DNA of 26,055 nucleotides from Thecamonas trahens ATCC 50062 (Eukaryota > Protista > Apusomonadida): assembly GCF_000142905.1 (NCBI RefSeq), contig NW_013657634.1, positions 268,318 to 294,372 on the forward strand. Direction: 5' to 3'. The number at the start of each line of letters is the position of its first letter. The stretch's first letter is position 1. The notes beneath the pieces were generated by a model. It was not told where the DNA came from and did not search any database. It saw only the letters and a program-made list of their open reading frames with translations. Below, one piece after another: positions 8,397-17,602 of this stretch. Position numbers and translations under genes: made by a program.

Positions 8397-9824
8397 TCAG
8401 ACCCAGACATGCAGGCCGGCCGACGACGCCGTGGCCAGCGCCACGTTGCGGGCGGTGAGCGCGAGCACGTCTTCGCCGCGGGCCACCCTGCCCTTGGCCG
8501 TCTTGGGAATGCCGTACGTCGCAGTCGGCGTGGTCACCTCGCCCGCCAGCCAGCTCGCCATCGGCACAGCCGCCACCGTTCCGTCGTACGAGACGCTTGC
8601 AAGGCTGAACGCGTTGCCCGCCAGCGATGAGACCGCCGAGCTGTGGTACCGCGCGTTGACCGTCGGCCCGGCGTGCGGCGCCCGCGTGTCGATGGCGTAC
8701 ACGGCATTGTGCGGACGGCCGACCGAAACAACCAGCGTTTGACCATCGCCGCTCGACGAGAGAATCGGCAGCTCGAGTGCGTGGACGCCTGCGGCGAGGG
8801 CCAGCTCGAGCGCAGGCTCGCGCGCTGGTGCGCGCAGGTCCCAGCACCGCACGTACTTGTCGAGCGAGCCCGAGTAGAGGACCGATGGTGCCGCCGGATC
8901 AAAGGCCAGTGCGCGGACCGAGCCGCGATGCGGAAGCGTCCGCAGAGCGGCGTCGGGCGAGTTGACGTCAAACACCAGCGCCGAGTTGTCGTCCTGCCCA
9001 CCGCCCGACACGACCCATGGCCGCTGCGCACACGCCGCGAGCGCAAAGACCGAGTCGGCATGGCCGGTCAGAGTCGCCACCGGCGACGCAGTCTCCAGAT
9101 CAAACACTAGTGAGCCGCCCAGCTGGCGACCGAGGCCGAGCGCCACCAGACTCGGCGCGCCCGGCAGGAGACACATCGAGTTGACGGCGTCGCGGTCGGC
9201 AACCTGGACTGCGGTCGGGACGAGCTCGACTGGCGAGCGCCGCCCACGGTCGCCACGGGTACTGCTCCGATTACTTAGCGGTGTGGTGAGGAGCACGCCG
9301 CGCTTGCATCCGGCGAGCAGTACGTCCATTGCCGCGTGATGGGCCAGGCAGCGGGCGTGGACATCGTCAGCCAGCGCCACTCGCTCCATGGATGCGGCGG
9401 CGTCCGGACGCGCCAGCCGGCTCAGCACCCGCATGGTAAGCCCGTACCGAACAAACCACTCGCTCTCGCGAGAGTCGCTGTCCTCGTCACGCCCATCAGA
9501 GCCGCCACTCGTCACGCATCCGTCGCCCATCAGCGGCGCAAGCTCGCAGGCGTACCGTCGTCGCCACAGTAGCGAGTCGGTAGCGAGCCGGCGCCAGTCG
9601 CGCGAGGCGCAGGAGAGGGCAAGGAGGTCACGAGTCGGCAGAAACTCGCAGATGTACAGCCTTAGCTCGTCAGGAAACCGGTCTATCATTGTGGTGGTTG
9701 GAAACGACGTCCAGCCGCTCTTGGGGCTCTCGGTGTGGCGACGAGTGGCTCTGTCCGTGGATGGGATCGGCCGGCGGAGGCGGGCGACAGGGATCCGAGC
9801 CGATGCAGCTATCGCCATAGTCAT
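8397..9824 (-). CDS. F-box / WD40-repeat protein.
   Basis: An F-box-like region FPDELRLYICEFLPTRDLLALSCASRDWRRLATDSLLW sits near the N-terminus. WD-like blades follow, for example VFALAA..RPWVVSGGGQD and GSVRALAFDP...LYSGSLDKYVRCWDLR. The start could instead be the in-frame ATG at complement 9687-9689 (MIDRFPDEL). The stop lies 17 bp from the ALG9 stop. Confidence 0.7.
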   Translation of the reverse strand: MTMAIAASARIPVARLRRPIPSTDRATRRHTESPKSGWTSFPTTTMIDRFPDELRLYICEFLPTRDLLALSCASRDWRRLATDSLLWRRRYACELAPLMGDGCVTSGGSDGRDEDSDSRESEWFVRYGLTMRVLSRLARPDAAASMERVALADDVHARCLAHHAAMDVLLAGCKRGVLLTTPLSNRSSTRGDRGRRSPVELVPTAVQVADRDAVNSMCLLPGAPSLVALGLGRQLGGSLVFDLETASPVATLTGHADSVFALAACAQRPWVVSGGGQDDNSALVFDVNSPDAALRTLPHRGSVRALAFDPAAPSVLYSGSLDKYVRCWDLRAPAREPALELALAAGVHALELPILSSSGDGQTLVVSVGRPHNAVYAIDTRAPHAGPTVNARYHSSAVSSLAGNAFSLASVSYDGTVAAVPMASWLAGEVTTPTATYGIPKTAKGRVARGEDVLALTARNVALATASSAGLHVWV

Positions 9825-10110
9825 GATTAGTCGTTGCCCATGGTTAGTCGTTGCCCATGGTTAGTCGTTGCCCATGGTTAGTCGTTGCCCATCATCAGTC
9901 ATTGCCCATCATCAGTCGTTGCCCATCATCAGTCGTTGCCCATCATCAGTCCTTGCCCATCATCAGTCCTTGCCCACCATCAGTCATTGCCCATCATCAG
10001 TCGTTGCCCATCATCAGTCGTTGCCCATCATCACTCGTTGCCCATCATCACTCGTTGCCCATCATCACTCGTTGCCCATCATCAGTCGTTGCCCATCATC
10101 AGTCATTGCC
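9823..10110. repeat. 17-bp minisatellite of about 17 tandem copies (consensus CATCATCAGTCGTTGCC, with variants CATGGTTAG.., ..CACTCG.. and ..GTCCTT..).
   Basis: Exact 17-nt periodicity across 288 bp. It starts at the F-box/WD start codon and ends about 100 bp before the myosin ATG. Confidence 0.95.
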
Positions 10111-10139
10111 GCCATTCCAACGGCCCAACACCACGTCAC

Positions 10140-10200
10140 TGCCACCACCACACACTCACACACACACACATCCACAAACACACACACACACACATCCATA
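10140..10200. repeat. Imperfect (CA)n microsatellite immediately upstream of the myosin ATG.
   Basis: The sequence reads cacacactcacacacacacacatccacaaacacacacacacacacatcc. Confidence 0.85.
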
Positions 10201-10208
10201 CACATACC

Positions 10209-13200
10209 ATGTCGACCCTCCAGATAGGTGACATGTGCTGGGTGGAGAACCTGGCAGCAGGTACTAGCGGAGGAGAGCAGGCCTCCCATGGCCACCACCC
10301 GTCGCGAGTGGCAGGCAAGGTCCTCGCCGTCTCGGACTCGATGGTGACGGTGGCCCCAGAATGGGGCGAGCTCTGTCCGACCTGTGCCCTCAAGCCGGAG
10401 CATACGCCTGCTCATCGTCCGGCAAAGGTCAACGTTCCGCTGGGAAACTCGGCAGACGCGGGCCAGCTCGCCGTGAGTGTCATGGACACGTCCAACGCCG
10501 AGGGGAGGGCAGACATGATGGAGCTGGCTGATCTGGCGGTGGGCGAGCTGATGTACAACCTGAGGTTGAGGTACAAGGCCCAGCCCATGCAGTTCTACAC
10601 ATATGTCGGGGACATCCTGGTTGTCGTCAATCCCATGGCGGACATGGGCGTCTCTGGCGAGGAGACAAAGGCTACGTACGCCGGCCTGCCGTTCCGCGAT
10701 GCGAGCGCCCCGCCGCACATCTACGCCGTCGCCGAGGCTGCCCACAAGGCGCTCGCCGAGACGGCCGCTCCGCAGGTCATCGTCATCTCGGGCGAGTCTG
10801 GCGCTGGCAAGACATACGCCACCAACGACGTGCTCGACTTTCTGGCCTACCGCGGCAGCGGGTGCGACCCAGCTCCTGCTCCCGGTCCTAACGCTGGCGC
10901 TGCTCCTTCTCCGCCCGGGGCGGAGATTGTGGCCAAGATCCGGGCTATCTCGGGCGTCATTGAAGCGCTGGGCAATGCCAAGACGTCGCGGAACCACAAC
11001 TCGTCGCGGTTTGGCAAGCTCGTCAAGGTCCAGTTCGACGAGGCCGGGGCCATCGAGGGCGCCGCGCTGCAGACGTACCTACTGGAAAAGTCGCGGATTG
11101 TCGACCAACAGCCCGGTGAGCGCAACTACCACATCTTCTACCTCATGTTCCAGTTCCTCGACCGCGGTGAGCGGTCGGCGCGCGGTCTCTCGGACTCGGT
11201 CGCGGACTACCCGTACCTCGTCGGCTCGCACGGCAAGAACGCCAAGTCATGGCAGTACATGCCTAGCGATCCGTCGGCGCCGCAAGCCGGGCTCGAGCCC
11301 ATGGCCGACGCCAAGCGGTGGGAGGCGTTCATCGACGCTGTTGTCACGCTTAACCTCGAGGACGATCTCTCGTGCGTGTGGGACACGCTCGCCGCCATCC
11401 TGCACCTCGGCACGCTGACTTTTGAGGAGCACGCTGGCTCTTCGACCGGCTTTTGCACCGTCTCGCCGCCTGGAGTTGTCTCGCGCATTGCAGGCCTCCT
11501 CGCTGTCGACGCCGACGCTCTGGCCACCAATCTGCTCTCGTGCGAGGTCGTCAACATGCGCCGTGCGTACCGACCCGACAAGGCCAAGCAGACCGCCGAC
11601 GCGCTGGCCAAACTCCTTTACGCCTCGCTCTTTGACGTCATCATCGAGCACATCAACGCGTCGATCAAAACCGGCTTCACCCGCCGGTGGATCGGCGTCC
11701 TCGACATCTTTGGCTTTGAGTCGTTCCAGTCGCTGCCGGACAAGCACGGCGTGCCCGACACCGCCAACCGGTTTGAGCAGCTCTGCATCAACCTCACCAA
11801 CGAGCGCCTGCAGCGGTTCTTCTACGACCAGCTCATTCCCAAGCAGCTCGCCCACTACGCCGACCACGGGCTCGACGTCGACGCCATCGAGTACGACGAC
11901 AACACCCTCTGTGTCAACCTCATCATGGAGGGCCGCAAGTCGCTCTTTGGCGCCCTCAACAACGCCACCAAGGAGGCTGCCACCCTTCCGGCCTTCCGCA
12001 ACAACCCGGAGCTTGCCGAGCGGCGCTGGGTCGAGACCATCAAGTCGACGTACAAAGGCGGCAAAGGCCGTCTCGCGCCCTCGACCGTAGTCCGCAAGTC
12101 CTCGCCCGACGAATTTGTCGGCTGGTTTGATGACAAGCTTGACTCGCGGGCCCACACCCAGTTTGCCGTCCACCACTACGCTGAAACCGTGTGGTACACC
12201 GTCGACGGGTGCGTCGAGAAAAACGCCGACAAGATTGCCCCCGAGCTTGTCACGCTTGTCTCGTCCTCATCGGCCGCCTTTGTCGCCGGCCTTTTTGATC
12301 CGGACCGCCTCGAGCTCAACACCTCGGTTGCCGACAAGTTTGCCGAGCAGCTGCGGGCACTCGTCTCGCCGGCGTCGTGGAACGTGCCTGGCCACCCGTC
12401 GGGCATGCTTGACCTTGCAGCGGAGCCTTTTTTCGTTCGCTGCGTCAAGCCAATCTGCTCGCGGGTGCCCGGCATGCCGCGTGCGCCGCTCTCCAACCAC
12501 AAGGTGCTCGACCAGCTGCGGTCCGCCGGTATGTACGCGGTCATCCAGATGCGGCTTGCCGGCTATGCGTCTGAAGTGGACAAGGCCCAGTTTGTCGAGA
12601 CCTACACCGAGCTTGTTGACGACATGGCAGCGTTCAACTCACTCTCGCTTGACAACCAAGTCCGCTCCATTTGTGCATCCGTCGTCGCCTCTACTCAGCA
12701 CGACTTGACAAGCGAATCCGGCATGGCGCCGTACCAGATCGGCAACTCAAACCTGGTCTTCCTCAAGGACGCCATGAACTACGCCCTGCGCGACGCGCTC
12801 GCTGCGGCTCGCGCGGCGCGTGCGGCCAAGCAAGCGCTGGCGCTCTCGCATTTTGCGGCGCTTTTCTCGATGTGGAGCGTCCGCCAGTCGATGCCGCGGC
12901 TGGTGCAGGTCTACGAACAGAACCAGGAACGCCTCGAGTTTATCCGGACCCGCATCGAGGGTGGTGCAAGCGAAGCAGAGGCCAAGGCCGCATGGGACGC
13001 CGAGCTCGCCACCCGCGCCGCGGCCATGGAGGCCGAATACAAGCTCGAGCATTTTATCCCGCTGCAAAAGGCCGCCGCCGCCGAGCCAGTCGACAAGCTC
13101 GACGCCGCCATTGCCAACATGCTCAAGGACGAGCCAGCCGGTGAGGCGCGCGCGGCTCTCGAGGCTAGGCGCAAAGCGCTGAAGGCATCGGCCAAGGCGG

Positions 13201-14846
13201 TTAACGCCGCGCTTGCTGCGCTCGAGGCCGACGTGTACAACGCCGAGGCCGAGACCGCTGCCGCAGACGCCATTGCTGACCTGGACGCAGTTGTTCTCGC
13301 CGAGGAGGCCGCGTATGCAGAGGACGTCAAGCGGCGCGAGGCGGCCGCCGCTGCTGCTGCTGAAGCCGCGTACATTGCCACGCATGTGACGTCGGTGGAG
13401 ACTGCGGCGAACGCGGTGCCGTTCGCCAAGGTCAAGGCCGCACTCACGGCGTTTGGCAAGCGGCATGCCAACATCCTCGGCAAACGCGAGAACCTTGAGA
13501 GCGCACTCCATGCTCATGGGGCCTCGCTCGACGACGCTCGCGCAGCGCTTGAGGCGCGGCTGGACGAGTTGCGGGCAAGCCCGCATTCAGACGAAGTGCA
13601 AGCCGGGGTGGCGACGGCGCTATCGGCGCTCGAGGTGCTCGTTGGCGGCGTCCACGAGTTCCTGCGGCTGATGGAGGAGCGCGTGGCGATGGCAGCGGCG
13701 GCGGAGGAAGCCAAGGAGCGCAAGCGCGAGGCGCGGCGCAGAAAGCGTGAGGCGCGCGAGGCACGGAAGCGCAAGCTGCTGGAGGCGCGGCAGGCCATGC
13801 TCTCGGCGCAGGAGCGAGTGGCCGCGGAGCGGGCGGCGGAGCGCAAGCGGCAGGAGGAGGCCAAAAAGCGGGCGGTGAAGCTGCTCAAGAAGAAGCAGAA
13901 GCGGCGGCTGCGGTGGTTCGAGACAGCAAGCGTGGCCATGGACGGCCTGCGTGTCTTGTTCCACCATGCCGAGGCCACGGTGCGGTACCTTGGCCCGCTG
14001 CCGTCGGCATCGGTCAACCTCCTCACGGCGCCCTACTACATCGGGCTGGAGATGCCGTATCCGTCGGATTTGTTCAACTCGGGTGACTACGAGGGTACGC
14101 AGCTGTTCGAGTGCTCGCCGGAGCATGGCATGTTTGTGGCGCAGGACTTGGTCTCGGTCCTGGTCGCCAGCGACGAGCTTCGCGCCGGCGAGCGGCATCT
14201 GCAGGTCGGCGACCGGGTGTGGCGGCGGAACCATGTTCCGCTGCAGACCGGCGTCATCATGTACTACGGTGAGACTCACTTTGACGAGGGCCCGTTTGTG
14301 GGCATCGCCCTCGACCAGGCCGGCTCTGGCACCAACTCGGGCCGGGTCCACGGCTTCAAGTACTTTAAGTGCGCCAAGGACTCGGGCCTGTTTCTGCGGC
14401 CAGAAGAGCTCGAGCGGATAGAGCCGTGGTCGCACTCTGTCGTCAAGGAGCGAACCAACGAGTACATGATTCTTAACGACATTTATCTCGACGACGACGA
14501 GTACTCGGAGTACGATGGTGACGAGGAGGATGGGACCAGCTCGCGGGCCAGCTCACGGCCGGCGTCGGGTGACGACTCGTCGTCGGGCGCGGTCTCCGAG
14601 ACCGTTCTAGACGCCATGGATCCCGACGAGCTCTACGCGCTTGCCGGTGGCGATGCCATGCTGACCGACGGCGCGTCTGAGCCGCTCTCGTCGGGAGTGC
14701 GGCTCAAAAAGTCACGGCTCTCGCGGCGCGGATCGGGCGCCGGTCGGTCGATGTCGATGCGCAATGTCGAGACAGCGCGGAGTGGACATCTAGTGCCGCC
14801 GATGCAGCGGGCGGCGTCGTCGCGAAACCGGATGCGCCGACGGTAG
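10209..14846 (+). CDS. Myosin heavy chain (motor domain, ~600 aa coiled-coil/charged tail, C-terminal CAP-Gly domain).
   Basis: Motor motifs are the P-loop GESGAGKT (10791-10814), switch I NSSRFGKLV, switch II LDIFGFE, LRLRYKA, and an HIFY-type relay. The tail is rich in A/E/K/R heptads. The C-terminus carries a CAP-Gly signature LQVGDRVWRR..GVIMYYGETHFDEGPFVGIALDQAGSGTNSGRVHGFKYFKCAKDSGLFLRPEEL (~14196-14430). The start is taken as ATG 10209 (MSTLQIGD), after the minisatellite. The upstream part of the ORF track entry 9885-14846 is a translated repeat. Confidence 0.9.
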   Translation: MSTLQIGDMCWVENLAAGTSGGEQASHGHHPSRVAGKVLAVSDSMVTVAPEWGELCPTCALKPEHTPAHRPAKVNVPLGNSADAGQLAVSVMDTSNAEGRADMMELADLAVGELMYNLRLRYKAQPMQFYTYVGDILVVVNPMADMGVSGEETKATYAGLPFRDASAPPHIYAVAEAAHKALAETAAPQVIVISGESGAGKTYATNDVLDFLAYRGSGCDPAPAPGPNAGAAPSPPGAEIVAKIRAISGVIEALGNAKTSRNHNSSRFGKLVKVQFDEAGAIEGAALQTYLLEKSRIVDQQPGERNYHIFYLMFQFLDRGERSARGLSDSVADYPYLVGSHGKNAKSWQYMPSDPSAPQAGLEPMADAKRWEAFIDAVVTLNLEDDLSCVWDTLAAILHLGTLTFEEHAGSSTGFCTVSPPGVVSRIAGLLAVDADALATNLLSCEVVNMRRAYRPDKAKQTADALAKLLYASLFDVIIEHINASIKTGFTRRWIGVLDIFGFESFQSLPDKHGVPDTANRFEQLCINLTNERLQRFFYDQLIPKQLAHYADHGLDVDAIEYDDNTLCVNLIMEGRKSLFGALNNATKEAATLPAFRNNPELAERRWVETIKSTYKGGKGRLAPSTVVRKSSPDEFVGWFDDKLDSRAHTQFAVHHYAETVWYTVDGCVEKNADKIAPELVTLVSSSSAAFVAGLFDPDRLELNTSVADKFAEQLRALVSPASWNVPGHPSGMLDLAAEPFFVRCVKPICSRVPGMPRAPLSNHKVLDQLRSAGMYAVIQMRLAGYASEVDKAQFVETYTELVDDMAAFNSLSLDNQVRSICASVVASTQHDLTSESGMAPYQIGNSNLVFLKDAMNYALRDALAAARAARAAKQALALSHFAALFSMWSVRQSMPRLVQVYEQNQERLEFIRTRIEGGASEAEAKAAWDAELATRAAAMEAEYKLEHFIPLQKAAAAEPVDKLDAAIANMLKDEPAGEARAALEARRKALKASAKAVNAALAALEADVYNAEAETAAADAIADLDAVVLAEEAAYAEDVKRREAAAAAAAEAAYIATHVTSVETAANAVPFAKVKAALTAFGKRHANILGKRENLESALHAHGASLDDARAALEARLDELRASPHSDEVQAGVATALSALEVLVGGVHEFLRLMEERVAMAAAAEEAKERKREARRRKREAREARKRKLLEARQAMLSAQERVAAERAAERKRQEEAKKRAVKLLKKKQKRRLRWFETASVAMDGLRVLFHHAEATVRYLGPLPSASVNLLTAPYYIGLEMPYPSDLFNSGDYEGTQLFECSPEHGMFVAQDLVSVLVASDELRAGERHLQVGDRVWRRNHVPLQTGVIMYYGETHFDEGPFVGIALDQAGSGTNSGRVHGFKYFKCAKDSGLFLRPEELERIEPWSHSVVKERTNEYMILNDIYLDDDEYSEYDGDEEDGTSSRASSRPASGDDSSSGAVSETVLDAMDPDELYALAGGDAMLTDGASEPLSSGVRLKKSRLSRRGSGAGRSMSMRNVETARSGHLVPPMQRAASSRNRMRRR

Positions 14847-14849
14847 CAG

Positions 14850-17602
14850 TTAGGGCGTAAAACAGGTCTCCAGATGAAAGTGGTAGTCGACGAGCGACGT
14901 GGCCGAGACGGCAGTGGTGGCGGCGTAGACGGCCGAGGCGAGCGAGGAGTTACCAGAGAAGAAAACGCCGACAGCGGCGTTGGGCCGGGCGAGAAGGCCC
15001 GAGTCGGAGACCACATCCTCGGCGTCGAGGTAGGAAAAAGCCGGGCCATGTCGGGCCGACCGCGGATGACGGTAAAAGGGAGCGCAAGAAAGACGTCGCG
15101 GGTGACAAAGAGGCGAACGTCGAGGGTGAGATCAGGCTCGTGGATAGAGGTGTAGAACTGGGACTCGAGCACCTCGAGCACGTCCTGGAACCAACGGAAC
15201 GAGTCGAGGTCGCGGCAGACCCACCAAAAGTGGAGATGCTTGAGTGGGAGAGCGAGACCGTGCTGGAGCCGGAAAATGATGTCGGAGAGGACGGCGGCGT
15301 AGGGAGTGACCCCGATGCCGGACGCGATGAGGACGGCGCGGTGGTAGGAGAGATACGGGTGCGGGTCCGAGCCAAACGGGCCCGCGACGTAGAGCCGGAG
15401 CGATGACGCCGGTGACGTCGGGTCCTCGATGCCGGACGCGGAGGACTCGGCGAGCGCGTAGACCTGACGGGTCCAAGAGTCGCGGGCGCCGACAGCCTTA
15501 AAATACACGTGCACGTGCTCCATAAGCGGCGAGGAGGCGACCGAGAACGGATGCCACTGCAGCTTGGAAATGCTTGGTAGGTGGAGGTGGACGTAGTCGC
15601 CGAGGGCGAGGGCGCGCGTCATGCGCGCCGACTTGACAAAGGCAACATGGACGACCGATCCCGGGAGCGCGTCGAGCGCGACAATGCGGGCGTCGGCGAG
15701 CGCGTGTGGCGCCGAGATGCCGCGCGCAATGAGGTAGAGAAGATAGCCCGGTGCGATGTAGTAGAGGGTACGGAGGGTGGTGGGATGCGCGACGAGGAGG
15801 AGCGGGAGGACGAGCGCGAGCTGATGTGGGTAGTAAAAGACCTCAAAGGCGATGCGGCGGATCTTCGGGTGTGCAAGCGGGACAATGGCGAGCATCAGAA
15901 GGAGGAGAAGGATGCCGGAGAGGCCGAGCCAGGTCGAGAAGACAATGGTGAGCGGCGAGTTGTGGGTGCGAAAGGCGGCGAGCGGGGTGCCCGGCGCAAA
16001 GGCCAGGTCGCGATCAGCCTGCGATGCAGCGGCAGTGCGAAAGGCGTTGACAACGTGAGCAGCGGTGTGGCCGAGAGCGCAGGCAAAGGTGGCCACTCCG
16101 CCGAGCCGATGGAAGAGCATCATGTGCTCCTGTGAGGGCCGGAGCCAGAGCGTGGCGGAGCGAGGCATGCGCGGCAGAAAGACTCGAACGACGGTGGTGT
16201 AGGTGGCGAGGCAGACCGGGAGAAAGAGAAACGCGACGCCGACGCGGATACCCGCGGCAAAGACCTTGGCGGCAACGAGCGAGGCACCAAGAATGCGGTG
16301 TGCTGCGTAGGAGCGGGCGATACGCGCGATGTAGACTGACTCGAGGGTGACAGCAAGGCAGATGAGGGCAAGCCAGAGGCAAAACGCTGGGTCGAGCTTG
16401 GCATGCATGCGGGCGGTGGAAGCGGCGGCGGCGACCGAGGCCCGGAGCGATGCGAGGTGCGAGGTCGCCGGCGCCGCGCTGGATGCCGAGCCGGAGATGC
16501 CGTAAGAGGCGAGTCGGGCGAGAACGCCTGCGGGCAGGTCTGTGGCAGTGGCGAGTGAGCTCCACTGAGCCGGCTCGAGGGCGAGAACGTCGCCGACGGT
16601 GGCGAGCTCCTGGAGCGCAAACTGTGCCATCCAGAGTTTCGCGCGCTCACGGCCGACGTTGGGTGAGAGCTTGAGATCCTCGGCGACAGCGAGGAGGGCG
16701 GCCAGAAGCGGTGCGTCTGGTGAGAAGGCGACTGTCGAGTATGTGCGGTGGGTTGTGAGCCAGGATCGCCACTGGCGAGTGGTGGGTGTAGCGTGGATGT
16801 GGAGGGTGAGCTCGGTGGCATGCTCGAGCTCGCCCCAGGTAAAGGCGGAGATGAAGCGCGGCCAGTCAAGGACGATGCTGCCGACCGGACGGGTCGGCGA
16901 GGCCGGCGACGAAAACGAGATGGCGCGCGAGCGCGAGAGGCTCGGGGAGAAGGCCTCGTTGTCGGCGGCGACCGAGGAGGCGAGCCACGAGCTGTGGATC
17001 TCGGCGACGAGATCGTCGCCAGCGAGGGCAGCGCCGCCGGGAGCGGCAAGAATGAGATGCGGGATGTTGCAGAGGGTGGCGAGGGAGAGCTCAGCGCCGG
17101 CTGTGGTGGAGCCGGCTGCCATGAGGAAGACAAACATGAGGCGGAGCTTCTGTGGCGCCTCGCCAGCAAAGGCCGAGGCAAAAGCGAGAAACTCAAGGAG
17201 TGGGACGGAGGGAGCGCGGGACGAGAGGCGCTTCTTCTTGGAGGGCGGTGGCGGGCGAGCGAGAATGGCGAAGAGGAGATCGACGGTGGAGGAGGCCGCA
17301 TCCCAGCCCGTCAGTCGGGCAAAGGCACGGCGGGAGAGGCGGTAGGTGAGGTTCGATGCGATGGCAAAGACGTGGGCCCAGCGCTTGATGAGCGAGTCGG
17401 GGCGGAAGACCCAGGCAGTGGCGACGCGAGTCATACCGCGGCCAAAGCGGAGGATGCGGCGACGCATGCCGGTGATAGGACAGACGCCCGTGGAGACGCC
17501 GAGCATGGCCTTTGCCGACTCGAGGGCGATGGATGCGTTCTGGAGGCTCCGCCAGTAGCTCGCAGCCGAGGCATCAAGTAGAGGCCTCTGCGCCGTGAGC
17601 AT
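14850..17602 (-). CDS. NADPH oxidase / ferric reductase (NOX/FRE) family protein with a ~400-aa N-terminal extension of unknown function. The C-terminal ~60 aa are read in a -1 frame relative to the long ORF.
   Basis: A TM region carries heme-ligand histidines (HRLGG..GHTAAHVVN, YYPHQLAL). FAD-binding HPFS is at about + 15545-15560. NADPH-binding GIGVTPY is at about + 15291-15311, with CRDLDSF. GRPDMARLF resembles NOX GRPNWDNEF. In the other frame, AAVGVFFSGNSSLASAV...DYHFHLETCFTP-stop matches the NOX2 C-terminus [15 protein letters not shown]...HFIFNKENF with the same spacing. The frames switch at the A5 run at + 15035-15039. The stop (TAA, complement 14850-14852) lies 3 bp from the myosin stop. 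Confidence 0.85.

Noticed and set aside
9885-10208. An N-terminal extension of the myosin ORF through the minisatellite (the SLPIISRCPSSVVAHHQ repeats).
   Set aside because: The peptide periodicity is the 17-bp DNA repeat read across three units. The conserved myosin N-terminus begins after ATG 10209.
14633-14849. The C-terminal 70 aa of the long NOX ORF, which overlaps the myosin 3' end antisense.
   Set aside because: It is R/P/S-rich antisense-of-coding noise. The conserved NOX C-terminus is in the -1 frame and stops at 14850.
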